DNA of 57,798 nt from an uncultured archaeon (GCA_937921735.1 CAKZTQ010000045.1:1-57798); one strand, 5' to 3'; shown: positions 37,483 through 47,181, counted from the first letter of the stretch. The notes: generated from the letters alone by a model not told the origin. Made by a program: numbers and translations.

Positions 37483-38753
37483 ACTTCAGGGACTTCGTCG
37501 AGCTCTTGGACAAGAAGGGGCTACTGGTGAGGATCAAGAAGCCTGTGAGCACCAAGCTCGAGGCGGCCGCATTGATGCGGGCGCTCGATGGGAGGCCCGT
37601 GATGTTCGAGAAGGTCGAGGGCTTCGAGATGCCCATCGCGGCGAACGTGTGCTCCTCCCGCGAGCTCATAGCGTTGGGTTTGGGCGTGAAGGAGGGGGAG
37701 CTGTTGAGCAAGCTTGCGGAGGCCATCGACAATCCCAAGGAGCCCGAGGTAGTAGAAGCGGAGGGTTACGGGGAGATCGGGGTAGACCTGGGCGGGCTCC
37801 CCATCCTGACGCATTACCCCTTCGACGGCGGTCCGTACATCTCCTCGGGCGTGGTGATAGCCAGGGACCCGGAGCTAGGGCTCAACGCCTCCTATCATAG
37901 GATGATGGTGATAGGTAAGGACAAAGTGGTGGTAAGGATCCTCCCGAGGCACTTCGATGAGTTTCTGAAACGGGGCAACAGGGAGTTCGCGGTTTGCATC
38001 GGCAACCCGGTGCCAGTATTGGTTGCGGCGGCGGTGTCGACGGAGCTGGGAGTAAGCGAACTTAGCATAGCGAACGCGCTGGCCGAGACGAGGCTGGTGA
38101 AGCTCGGTGGGCACAAGGTGCCAGAGGCGGAGATAGTCATGATTGCCGAGATGACCGACGAGCTCCACGACGAAGGGCCATTCTTGGACCTCACCGAAAC
38201 CCCCGACATCGTTCGAAAACAGCGGGTGGCGAGGATACGACGAATATTCGTCAAGCAAGGGGCGATCTATCACGCGTTGCTACCGGGTGGGTTCGAGCAC
38301 AAGCTGCTAATGGGGATGCCACGGGAGCCTACGATATTTAAGGAGGTCAGCAAGGTCTGCGAGTGCAAGGGCGTGCTCATAACCCCCGGCGGATGCTCTT
38401 GGCTGCACGCCATCGTCAGCATAAAAAAGAAGGGACCAGACGATGGGAGGAAAGCGATAGAGGCCGCGTTCAAGGGGCACAGATCGCTCAAGCACGTGTT
38501 CGTGGTGGACGACGACATAGACATCCACAATCCGCACGAGGTGGAGTGGGCGATGGCCACGCGCTTCCAAGGCGATCGGGACATGATCCTGCGCAGGGAA
38601 CCCGGCTCCTCGCTTGATCCCTCCTCGGACCTCGAGACGAGGGAGACGGCCAAGGTTGGCTTCGACCTTACGATACCCTGGGGGAGGGACCCCAAGGACT
38701 TCAAGAAGCCCGGCCCGCCCATGGAGATCAAGCTCGAGGACTACCTGGGGTAG
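37479..38753 (+). CDS. UbiD-family decarboxylase, probable anhydromevalonate phosphate decarboxylase
   Basis: Motifs DGGPYISSG, NASYHR, EGPF and VVDDDID...VEWAMATR. Lies between mvk and the AcnX genes. Confidence 0.88.
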   Translation: MNFRDFVELLDKKGLLVRIKKPVSTKLEAAALMRALDGRPVMFEKVEGFEMPIAANVCSSRELIALGLGVKEGELLSKLAEAIDNPKEPEVVEAEGYGEIGVDLGGLPILTHYPFDGGPYISSGVVIARDPELGLNASYHRMMVIGKDKVVVRILPRHFDEFLKRGNREFAVCIGNPVPVLVAAAVSTELGVSELSIANALAETRLVKLGGHKVPEAEIVMIAEMTDELHDEGPFLDLTETPDIVRKQRVARIRRIFVKQGAIYHALLPGGFEHKLLMGMPREPTIFKEVSKVCECKGVLITPGGCSWLHAIVSIKKKGPDDGRKAIEAAFKGHRSLKHVFVVDDDIDIHNPHEVEWAMATRFQGDRDMILRREPGSSLDPSSDLETRETAKVGFDLTIPWGRDPKDFKKPGPPMEIKLEDYLG

Positions 38754-38757
38754 TGGC

Positions 38758-39942
38758 TTGTACCTGACCAAGGAGCAAGAGCGGATGCTCGCCGGCGAGT
38801 ACGGCGAGGTGCTGGAGAGGAACTTCAGGTTACTGGTGAGGCTGGGCGACATATATGGCGCCGACCGCATGATCCCCGTTGGCTCGGTGCAGGTCGCCGG
38901 CGTCTCCTATAAGTCGATAGGGGACCCCGGCCTTGAGTTCCTCGAGGACCTCGCGGACAAGGGGGCGAGGGTGAGGGTGCCCACGACGCTCAACCCGCCG
39001 GGCATGGACCTCGAGGACTGGAAACAGCTGGGGTTCCCGGAGGACTTCGCGGAAAAACAGTTGAGGATAATCGCAGCGTTCCGTAAGATGGGTGTGATGA
39101 TGACCGCCACCTGCACCCCCTACTTGGTCGGCAACCTACCTCGCTTTCGAGAGCACCTCGCTTGGTCGGAGTCGTCCGCGGTATCCTTCGCGAACTCGGT
39201 AATAGGCGCAAGGACGAACCGCGAAGGCGGCCCCTCCGCGCTCGCCTCCGCGCTTTGTGGTGTGACCCCGAACTATGGGCTGCACCTAAACGAGAACCGG
39301 CAGCCGACCATCGTGGTGGACGTTAAGGTTGAACTCAGACATGAAGCGGACTTCGGTGCCTTGGGCTATCACGTGGGGAAAACCATCGAAAAGGGAGTGC
39401 CCTATTTCAAGGGCATCAAGCACGCGGACGTCGACCAGCTCAAGGCGCTGGGCGCCGCCATGGCCGCCTCTGGAGCGATAGCGCTTTACCACGTGGAGGG
39501 GATAACGCCGGAGGCCGATCTCGTAAACGTGGAGGGGTTGGAGAAGTTGGAGGTCGACGAGGGAGAACTTAGGGGGGCTTACGAGAAGCTGAACACCGGC
39601 GAGGAACCGGATATAGCGATCCTGGGCTGTCCCCACGCCTCGCTAAGGGAGATCGCGAAGCTGGCCGAAAAATTGGAGGGCAAACGCCTTCGCAAGCCGC
39701 TTTGGATATGCACCGCGCGCGCGACCAAGCGGGCTGCTGAAGGGATGGGGCTGGTAGACGCGATCGAACGGGCTGGGGGGAAAGTGGTCGCCGATACGTG
39801 CGCCGTAGTTGCGCCAATAGAGCGCATGGGGTTTAAGTGCACAGCCGTTAACTCGGGGAAGGCGGCGAGCTACCTACCTGGATTCTGCAAGCAGGCGGTC
39901 GTCTTTAGAAGCATCGACGAGATATTGGGGATGATGGCTTGA
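38758..39942 (+). CDS. AcnX-type phosphomevalonate dehydratase, large subunit
   Basis: Motifs GVSYKSIG, TCTPY, WSESSA, GARTNREGG, GCPH and DTC. Start set at TTG 38758. Confidence 0.9.
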   Translation: MYLTKEQERMLAGEYGEVLERNFRLLVRLGDIYGADRMIPVGSVQVAGVSYKSIGDPGLEFLEDLADKGARVRVPTTLNPPGMDLEDWKQLGFPEDFAEKQLRIIAAFRKMGVMMTATCTPYLVGNLPRFREHLAWSESSAVSFANSVIGARTNREGGPSALASALCGVTPNYGLHLNENRQPTIVVDVKVELRHEADFGALGYHVGKTIEKGVPYFKGIKHADVDQLKALGAAMAASGAIALYHVEGITPEADLVNVEGLEKLEVDEGELRGAYEKLNTGEEPDIAILGCPHASLREIAKLAEKLEGKRLRKPLWICTARATKRAAEGMGLVDAIERAGGKVVADTCAVVAPIERMGFKCTAVNSGKAASYLPGFCKQAVVFRSIDEILGMMA

Positions 39943-40322
39943 GGGGGCGCACGATAAGCCCGGGTAAGGCGAGGGGGGAGGCGTTGGTCTCGAGGCAGCC
40001 GATCGGCTTTTATGGGGGGGTGGACCCGAAAACGGGCATGATCATAGAAAGAGGGCATGAGCTAGAGGGGAAGTGCGTGAAGGATAAGATACTAGTCTTC
40101 CCGTGCGGCAAGGGCTCGACGGTGGGTTCGTACGTCATCTACGGGCTGAAGAAGAACGGCGTCGCCCCAGCGGCGATAGTCAACCGAGAGACCGAGACGA
40201 TAGTTGCGACGGGGGCCATCTTGGCCGGCATCCCATGCGTCGACGGGATAGACATCGACAGGATCAAGACAGGCGATAGGCTGATCGTCGATGCCGACGA
40301 GGGCAAGGTGGAATTCGAATGA
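39939..40322 (+). CDS. AcnX-type phosphomevalonate dehydratase, small (swivelling, DUF126) subunit
   Basis: Motifs GGVDPKTG and GKGSTVGSY. Confidence 0.92.
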   Translation: MRGRTISPGKARGEALVSRQPIGFYGGVDPKTGMIIERGHELEGKCVKDKILVFPCGKGSTVGSYVIYGLKKNGVAPAAIVNRETETIVATGAILAGIPCVDGIDIDRIKTGDRLIVDADEGKVEFE

Positions 40323-40555
40323 CCGGTCCAGCTGAGAGCAAGATAGAGATCGAGGCGCGCGTGTACATACACAAGCGCGATCCTTGGACACGCTCGAAGA
40401 TCCCGCACATCGACATCGAGTCCCCCATATTGAACGAGATAATAAAGCCGAACGAAACCACCTTCGTGAGCGGGAAGGAGGGCGGGGTCTTCATAGGGCT
40501 GAAGCGGGAGATGCTCGCGCGCCTCGAGCGCGTGCTCGAGCGATTGGAAAAGTGA
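40319..40555 (+). CDS. Hypothetical protein (78 aa), translationally coupled to the mevalonate operon
   Basis: ATGA overlap and codon usage like its neighbours. Confidence 0.65.
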   Translation: MTGPAESKIEIEARVYIHKRDPWTRSKIPHIDIESPILNEIIKPNETTFVSGKEGGVFIGLKREMLARLERVLERLEK

Positions 40556-40623
40556 AGGGACAGCGCTCGTTCGCGCGACCTCCTTAATAAGGCGGCAGCG
40601 CTGAAATTTTAAATGGGATATGG

Positions 40624-40827
40624 GTGGGCGTCGTCTTCAAGCCGGAGGATGTCCTCAAGGGGCGAAAGTGGATGCTGGAAAAGGCCGCTAGGGATCTGGC
40701 CCCGGGGCAAGTGGAGCGCGTGGAAAGCATCCTGAGGAGATGGGGGGAAGGCTCAAGGGAGGAGCTGATAAGGCTCTTGGGCGAGGAACGGGCGAAAAAG
40801 CTAATGGCCGATTTGGGTATAGCGTGA
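40624..40827 (+). CDS. Small hypothetical helical protein
   Basis: Plausible 67-aa ORF with neighbour-like codon usage and an upstream AT-rich box. Confidence 0.55.
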   Translation: MGVVFKPEDVLKGRKWMLEKAARDLAPGQVERVESILRRWGEGSREELIRLLGEERAKKLMADLGIA

Positions 40828-40873
40828 TCGCGCGGTTACAAAGATTTAAAGCCGAACGGATGAACTTTTACTT

Positions 40874-40946
40874 GGGCCCGTGGTCTAGTGGCTATGACGG
40901 CAGTCTCACACACTGCAGGTCCGGGGTTCGAATCCCCGCGGGCCCA
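40874..40946 (+). tRNA. tRNA-Val(CAC), no intron, CCA not encoded
   Basis: Acceptor GGGCCCG/CGGGCCC-A, anticodon arm GCAGT-CTCACAC-ACTGC and T-arm CGGGG-TTCGAAT-CCCCG. TTTAAA lies at 40845. Confidence 0.97.
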
Positions 40947-40973
40947 CTAGCAAAGGGGTCGTAAGGCATAACG

Positions 40974-42395
40974 ATGGCTAAATTAGATTTGGTCATTAAA
41001 AATTGTAAAATAGCCTCTTCCACGGGTTTATGGGAATGCGGGCTAGGTATAAACGATGGTAAGATAGTATCAATTTCCAAAGATCACCTCCTGCCCGCTG
41101 CCGAAAGGGTAATAGATTGCAGGGGAAAGATAATCCTCCCCGGTGGAATCGATTTTCATGTACATTTCCAAGACCCAGGATACACGTACAGGGAAGATTG
41201 GAAAACGGGGACGGAGTCCGCGGCCGCTGGCGGCACGACATTGGTGGTCGACCATGGCAACACCAATCCGCCATCGACCACACCGAAAAATCTAATGAGG
41301 ATAATTAAAACCGCTGAAAGAAAAGCAATCGTCGATTTCGGCATCAACGGCGCTGTCACGTCAAAGAACTTAGACCAGCTGCCAAAACTAGCTGCCGAGG
41401 GCGTAATGGCATTCGGCGAAATTTATATGGCCGAGTCCGTCCCCGAGCTCGAGAGGGTTGAAGACGGTGCCCTGCTCGAAGCCTTTAAAATAATCGGCGA
41501 AATGGGATGCATCGCCGGCGTACATGCGGAAAACTGGGAAATCGTCTCCTACTTTACACAAAAACTCAAGCGGGCCAAAAGAAAGGATCCCCTCGCCCAC
41601 TGCGAATCTAGGCCGGATATTGCAGAGGCAGAGGCCATATCTAGAGCGATACTTTTTGGGAGAGAAACCGGTGTTCGCCTTCATATTTTCCACCTGAGCA
41701 CCCGACTCGGGGTAAATATTTTACGGCAAGCGAGGACCCTCGGGCAGGATGTAAGTGCCGAGGTTCTCCCCCAACATCTCCTTTTCAGACAAGAAGATAT
41801 GAAGAAACTAGGCCCTTACCTGAAATGCAATCCGCCCATAAGAAGCGAGGCAAATAGGGTTGCTCTGTGGGAAGGATTGAAAACTGGCGTGATAGAGATG
41901 GTTTCAAGTGACCATTGGCCAATGCCACTCTCCGAGGTTGAAGCCGGGTGGGAGGATATTTGGAAAGCAGGTTCGGGAATAGCCGGTGTCGAGACAAGAT
42001 TACCGCTCCTACTGACCTACGGGGTGAGAAAAAATTTAATTTCAATGGAAAAATTTGTCAGGATAACCTCTGAGAACCCGGCCCGCAGGCTGGGCCTTTA
42101 CCCACGGAAGGGATCAATAAGTATAGGGGCAGATGCCGATTTGACCATTGTAGATATGAAGAAAAAAGTTAGAATAAAGATAGATAACTTGCACACGAAG
42201 GCGGGTTACACGCCCTTCGAAAATTGGACCGTTGTCGGTGTACCGTGGTTAACTTTGGTGCGCGGCGAAATTGTGCTTGAGGAAGGAGAAATCGTGGCTA
42301 AACCGGGGCATGGTAAGTACATTCAACGTGATTACGGAAAGAATTGGAACATGGTGCCAGCAAAAAATCTGAATTCGAAAAGCTCAGGCTCATAA
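40974..42395 (+). CDS. Cyclic amidohydrolase (dihydropyrimidinase/allantoinase/dihydroorotase family)
   Basis: Motifs IDFHVHF, AAAGGTT, VHAEN, HLST, KCNPPIR and SDH. Confidence 0.9.
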   Translation: MAKLDLVIKNCKIASSTGLWECGLGINDGKIVSISKDHLLPAAERVIDCRGKIILPGGIDFHVHFQDPGYTYREDWKTGTESAAAGGTTLVVDHGNTNPPSTTPKNLMRIIKTAERKAIVDFGINGAVTSKNLDQLPKLAAEGVMAFGEIYMAESVPELERVEDGALLEAFKIIGEMGCIAGVHAENWEIVSYFTQKLKRAKRKDPLAHCESRPDIAEAEAISRAILFGRETGVRLHIFHLSTRLGVNILRQARTLGQDVSAEVLPQHLLFRQEDMKKLGPYLKCNPPIRSEANRVALWEGLKTGVIEMVSSDHWPMPLSEVEAGWEDIWKAGSGIAGVETRLPLLLTYGVRKNLISMEKFVRITSENPARRLGLYPRKGSISIGADADLTIVDMKKKVRIKIDNLHTKAGYTPFENWTVVGVPWLTLVRGEIVLEEGEIVAKPGHGKYIQRDYGKNWNMVPAKNLNSKSSGS

Positions 42396-42840
42396 GCAGA
42401 CAGGCATTCGACACTTAAAACCGACCCCGTTCCGGACAAGCTCATAAAGAAAATATTTGAGGCCGCTAGGTGGCCCCCTGGGCGCCAACATACAACCATG
42501 GGACTTCATCGCGGTGAACGACCGGAGAACGAGGGAGAAAATCGCTCAAATTTTCGTTGAGACTTACGAGAGGCTAAAAATTGGCGGGAGATTTCCCTTC
42601 TACAGTGGTGAAAGTGTTACGGAAGAGGCTCACCGAACCGCACGTTCTCATCGTGATTTGTGCTGGCGTGCGATTTATTAGCTTATCCCAATACCATAAA
42701 GTAAAAAATATAGAGAAGAGATCTGATGTCAGCATGGGTAGCTATTCAAAACATTATCTTGGCGGCAAGTGCTCTAGGCTTGAGTCTTACCTGGGGGACT
42801 GCAAACCCCCGACTATAAAGAGGCTTAGGCATCCTCCGAA
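42396..42840 (+). pseudogene. Frameshifted nitroreductase-family gene
   Basis: Fragments in different frames: IRH / KTDPVPDKLIKKIFEAARW / ANIQPWDFIAV / LTEPHVLIVIC / AIQNIILAASALGLSLTW. Confidence 0.8.
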
Positions 42841-42849
42841 GTGATAAAA

Positions 42850-44052
42850 ATGAGTGACCCAATCGATGCGAAAAAGATTGACCTGTCGGTGAAATTTTGT
42901 GAGCTTGAATTTGAAAACCCGTTTATCCTATCGTCGGGGCCGCCAACGGGTAGTACTGAGAAAATAGAGCGAGCGTTTGAGGCCGGCTGGGCCGGCGCGG
43001 TTACAAAAGTTTTGGGTTCAAAACCGCGGTCAAATCCCCATCCACGGATAGCGGGCCTACGTTACGGAGGGAAGTTAATCGCGATTGAAAATATAGAATC
43101 GGTGATTTATCCCTTAGAGGAATGGTTGCCCAAGATCGCTGAACTCAAGAAAAAATATCCGGAAAAGATCTTGATATCAAACCTCATGGGCGGAGCGGAC
43201 CCGGAGATCTGGCAAAGGATGATCATAGACGTGCAGGAAGCTGGAGCGGATATGATCGAACTCAACTTATCCTGCCCCTTGACGGACGAAGCCTGGGTCG
43301 TCGGGGCAACATTGGGCCAGAATCCAGACCTAACACGTGAGGCAACGAGGTTGGCCAAGGAGGTCGCTACCGTTCCGATAATGGTAAAGCTCACCCCAAA
43401 CGTGACAGATATAACTTTGACCGCAAAAGCGGCGGAGCGCGGAGGAGCCGACGCCGTCTCGGCTATAAACACCGTCCAGGGCTTCATCGGTATAGACCTC
43501 GAAACTATGGAACCCTTGCCCTCCGTTAGTGGGATGTCCTCATTTGGCGGAATCTCAGGCCCGTCAATTAAGCCCATCGCCCTCAGATGCGTGGCGCAGA
43601 TAGCAAAATCAACGAAGCTACCCATCTCAGGAATTGGTGGCATATCTAAGTGGGAAGATGCGGTTGAGTTTTTCATGGTGGGTGCCTCCACCGTCCAACT
43701 CTGCACAGCTGTGATGTTGCGTGGAAAGGAGATCATAGACGAGCTCAAGGAGGGTGTCTCATCCTATCTTTACAAAAAGGGATTCGGATCCGTAAAGGAG
43801 ATAGTGGGCTATGTCCTGCCCAAGCTAAAAAGCCTAGAAAAGCTGGACTATTCATATCGGGCAATGCCAGTACTCGACGCATCTAGATGTGTTAGATGTG
43901 AATTGTGTCGAATCGTTTGCTTGGATGCTGGTTTTGCAGCTATCAGAATCGAGGGTGGTCTGCCCAAAATTGATGAAGATAAATGTGATACGTGCGGGCT
44001 CTGTGTTCAAGTTTGCCCTCATCGAGCTTTGACCTTAAAGCCAAAGGACTGA
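42850..44052 (+). CDS. preA: Dihydropyrimidine dehydrogenase subunit PreA (FMN domain + 2[4Fe-4S] ferredoxin)
   Basis: Motifs NPFILSSGP, ELNLSCP, VKLTPNV, SAINT and GIGGI, with two C-terminal CxxCxxCxxxC. Confidence 0.9.
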   Translation: MSDPIDAKKIDLSVKFCELEFENPFILSSGPPTGSTEKIERAFEAGWAGAVTKVLGSKPRSNPHPRIAGLRYGGKLIAIENIESVIYPLEEWLPKIAELKKKYPEKILISNLMGGADPEIWQRMIIDVQEAGADMIELNLSCPLTDEAWVVGATLGQNPDLTREATRLAKEVATVPIMVKLTPNVTDITLTAKAAERGGADAVSAINTVQGFIGIDLETMEPLPSVSGMSSFGGISGPSIKPIALRCVAQIAKSTKLPISGIGGISKWEDAVEFFMVGASTVQLCTAVMLRGKEIIDELKEGVSSYLYKKGFGSVKEIVGYVLPKLKSLEKLDYSYRAMPVLDASRCVRCELCRIVCLDAGFAAIRIEGGLPKIDEDKCDTCGLCVQVCPHRALTLKPKD

Positions 44053-44526
44053 TTAAAAGTTGAGATATCCAAAAAACTTTTAATCTTCAGCGGGTTCCTC
44101 ACCGCCTACAATTTACAAGTTTTCACCGATGTGATGCTTCGCTAGCACCGAAAATGACCGCTATCATAACGAGTAAACGCTCTTCTTCAGCAGGCGTGAC
44201 CTACCTAACCTTTGAAGATAAAGGGTTGATGTAAGTTCTGTGTGAGCGATTTCATGCCCATGGAAAAGGCGTGCTGAAATGCTGGGGAGTCGAAGCGAAA
44301 GAACGGGGGTGGGTGCCACCTCGGTGCCGCTTCAAAAACGTGGTAAAGTATGGGAAGTGGAGGAAGTGTTATCAGAAATACAGTGCGATGGCCGTCAGTG
44401 CTACTTCGACGACCTGACCGCATCGTATTCGAAGACTCAAAGTCGGGTTGAAGGTTCGTCTACGCGGCAAAGCGACTGCTGAGAAAGTTGCGACGAATTT
44501 CATCGGCGAAGAGCTCCTTTTCGGTG

Positions 44527-45291
44527 CTACTTTTTCTTTTTAGACGATCTCGAAAGCCCGAGGCACCTCGCATAAACGCATCGCTTGGGCGAGATCTTCG
44601 GCGAACTTCTCGGTTTATCCACGATCTCCAAGCCAGCATCGCGGACGATCACGACCGGCACTCGCTCGGCCGCTTCCCCCATCACCACCTGCGCGGCGGA
44701 GGCTATCTGGTCCGCGATGGCCCTAAAGGTGATCTTAAGCCTTCTTCCGAACAAGTCCAGCTGGCCGCGGCAGTCGATGACGGGTTCGATGCCCGCGACG
44801 CCGATGGCTTTGCCGATCGTACCCAGGCGAAGGGGTTGAACTTGGCTGTCCGCTATTATCACTCCCACTCTGGCCCCGGATCGCTGCCTGAGCTTCCGCA
44901 TCATCTCCTCGGCTGCCAGATCGGGCTTCGACGGCATCAACACGACTTGCCCGGGTGGCGCGTTCGAGTGATCCACTCCCGCGTTGATGCAAAGCATGCC
45001 CTCCCTTAAGGTCAGCAACGCATACCTCGCTACCCCCAAAACCTCGCTTGCCTCCCTTAGCACCAGCTCGACGAACTCCGGCTCCAACCTGCTCCTCTTG
45101 GCCAGCTGCTTCGCGCGCTTAGAGGGTCGAACACGAGCTAGCTCCTTTAAGCGACCTTGGGCGGTAGCCAGAGCGCTCGAGGCCACGACGACGATATCCC
45201 CATCCCTCAGCCCGCCCACCTGCTCGGAGGCCTTCAAGATCATCGACACCAGATCATCGCCGGGCTTAACGAGCGGCATGTTTAAGCCCAA
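44527..45291 (-). CDS. CofE-family gamma-glutamyl ligase paralog (possible FolC2-like folate glutamate ligase)
   Basis: Motifs PLVKPGDDL, NAGVDHSN, IIADS and MGEAAERVPVV. Directly downstream of folP. Confidence 0.85.
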   Translation of the reverse strand: MGLNMPLVKPGDDLVSMILKASEQVGGLRDGDIVVVASSALATAQGRLKELARVRPSKRAKQLAKRSRLEPEFVELVLREASEVLGVARYALLTLREGMLCINAGVDHSNAPPGQVVLMPSKPDLAAEEMMRKLRQRSGARVGVIIADSQVQPLRLGTIGKAIGVAGIEPVIDCRGQLDLFGRRLKITFRAIADQIASAAQVVMGEAAERVPVVIVRDAGLEIVDKPRSSPKISPKRCVYARCLGLSRSSKKKK

Positions 45292-45304
45292 AACCCTCGT
45301 CGTA

Positions 45305-46168
45305 TCACCTCGCTAAATCCCGCTCTTCACCTGAGCGTTTAACCCTTGCGCCGGCACTCCTTATGGCCTCGGCGATCCTGACCGCATGCGATGTCTCCTT
45401 GGGGTCATGAGTTCTGACGACGTCCACGCCATTGAGCACCGCTATCGCAGTAGCGGCTAGGGAGCCCCAAAGCCTATCGCCAGGATCGGACAGGTTCAAC
45501 ACGCGCCCGATGAAGGATTTTCTGGAAACGGCCACGCAGATCGGGCGACCTAAGTTCTTCAACCTACCTAAGTTGGCTAGGATGTGGAGGTCCCACTCAG
45601 CGCCCTTTCCAAAACCTATGCCAGGATCGACGACCACCTTTCGCTCGTCGATGCCGTTGAGCTTGCATATGCTCAAACTATCGCGGAGTGCATTCATGAC
45701 CTCGTCGATGCTCTCGGCGTCGCCCGGTCTCTCGTTGGCGGCCATCAGGACGGTCGAACACCCGAAGCTCGAGATCACCCGTGCCATCTTTGGGTCGGCC
45801 TTGAGCCCGCTGACGTCGTTTATTATGCTTGCGCCAGCTTCTAAGGCGGCCTCGGCCACCTTAGCCCGCTGGGTATCGACGGAAATGGGTGCATCTAGTC
45901 CTTTGACGAGCGCCCTGACGACCGGGATTAGCCTCCGCATCTCCAGCGAGGTTGGGATGGGTTTGGCCCCGGGGGCAGTAGACATCGCCCCGACATCGAT
46001 GATGTGGGCCCCCTCTTCGAGCATGGTGCCCGCGCGCTCTACGGCCTCAGCTTTGCTCCGAACCACCGATCCGCGATAAAAGGACTCGGGGCCGACGTTT
46101 ATCGCCCCGACTATCACGACCGGATTTCCGCCCCCGACCCTTATCCCCGCGAGCTCGGCATATCCCAT
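45305..46168 (-). CDS. folP: Dihydropteroate synthase
   Basis: Motifs INVGPESF, IDVGAMST, SVDT, INDVSG, DPGIGFGK, SRKSF and RTHD. Start set at ATG 46168. Confidence 0.93.
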   Translation of the reverse strand: MGYAELAGIRVGGGNPVVIVGAINVGPESFYRGSVVRSKAEAVERAGTMLEEGAHIIDVGAMSTAPGAKPIPTSLEMRRLIPVVRALVKGLDAPISVDTQRAKVAEAALEAGASIINDVSGLKADPKMARVISSFGCSTVLMAANERPGDAESIDEVMNALRDSLSICKLNGIDERKVVVDPGIGFGKGAEWDLHILANLGRLKNLGRPICVAVSRKSFIGRVLNLSDPGDRLWGSLAATAIAVLNGVDVVRTHDPKETSHAVRIAEAIRSAGARVKRSGEERDLAR

Positions 46169-46179
46169 GATCTCCCCGC

Positions 46180-47181
46180 TCAATCGCTTCCCAACCAACA
46201 GGTTGGGTCCTCCGCGAGGAAATCGCCGCTCCTCGCAAATGCCATCGCCCTGCACCCACCGCACCAATTTCTGTAATCGCAGACACCACATCTCCCCTTC
46301 AGGTTGTCCCTATCCCTGAGCGCGGCTAGGAGCTCCGAGGAGTACCAAATCTCCCGAAGAGACATCTCGCGCACGTTGCCTAGCGCCAGCTGGAGCCTCG
46401 AGCAAGGTGAGACGTTCCCGTCCGCCGAGACGCAGAGGATGGAAATGCCCGCCGTACAACCTCCTCGGATCTCATTGCTAGGTCTTCTCCGCTTTCCGCT
46501 TAGCAGCCCGGCGTATGGATTGCAGGTGGTGACGATATCGAGCTTCCCGTTTAGCTCCTTTTTCTTAGCGAGCAGGTATTCATACAGCCCTTTTTGCTCT
46601 TGCGGGGTAAGGCAGTACTCGCTTATGGACTTAGCCTGGCCCATGGGGATCATCACTTTCGTCGAGAAGTTCACCCCCAGCTCGAGTGCGAGCGAGAGAA
46701 GGGCCGGAAGTTCATGTAAGTTGTGCTTCGAGAAGGTGGGTGAAAGATAGGTCTTCACGCCAGCGCTCTTCAGGGACCTTATCGCCCTCAAACACCTCTG
46801 GAAGGAGCCGGGCTTGTTCCTGAATTCATCGTGGGTTTGCCTGATGCCGTCCACGCTCACCGAGACGTGATCCACCCCGCTGCTTCGGAATAGCTTGGCC
46901 CTCTCTTCGGTCAAGTACCACCCGTTGGTGATCGCCGCGACCCGCAACCCCAAATCAACCGCATATCGTATGAGGACGAAGAGGTCCCGCCTCGCTAAGG
47001 GCTCCCCGCCGCTTATGTAAAGCTCCTCGGCCCCTAAATCAGCTACTTGCACCAGCAGCCTCTTCGCCTCCTCGGTGCTCAAATCCCTTCGCTTGGGAGG
47101 GGGCACGTAGCAATGTTTACAGGAGAAATTGCACTTGCTCGTGATGTTCCAAGTCACGGAATAAAGACCATGCCAGACCAT
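46180..47181 (-). CDS. Radical SAM/SPASM domain protein
   Basis: Radical SAM motifs CNFSCKHC and SGGEPL; SPASM motif CTAG...GNVSPC...CGVC...CGGCRA...DPTC. Confidence 0.93.
   Translation of the reverse strand: MVWHGLYSVTWNITSKCNFSCKHCYVPPPKRRDLSTEEAKRLLVQVADLGAEELYISGGEPLARRDLFVLIRYAVDLGLRVAAITNGWYLTEERAKLFRSSGVDHVSVSVDGIRQTHDEFRNKPGSFQRCLRAIRSLKSAGVKTYLSPTFSKHNLHELPALLSLALELGVNFSTKVMIPMGQAKSISEYCLTPQEQKGLYEYLLAKKKELNGKLDIVTTCNPYAGLLSGKRRRPSNEIRGGCTAGISILCVSADGNVSPCSRLQLALGNVREMSLREIWYSSELLAALRDRDNLKGRCGVCDYRNWCGGCRAMAFARSGDFLAEDPTCWLGSD

Noticed and set aside
44053-44526. attR copy of tRNA-Val, or a CYTH/VTC-like gene remnant (YFDD...KVRLR)
   Set aside because: No duplicate of the tRNA 3' end was seen, and the protein similarity is too short to support.
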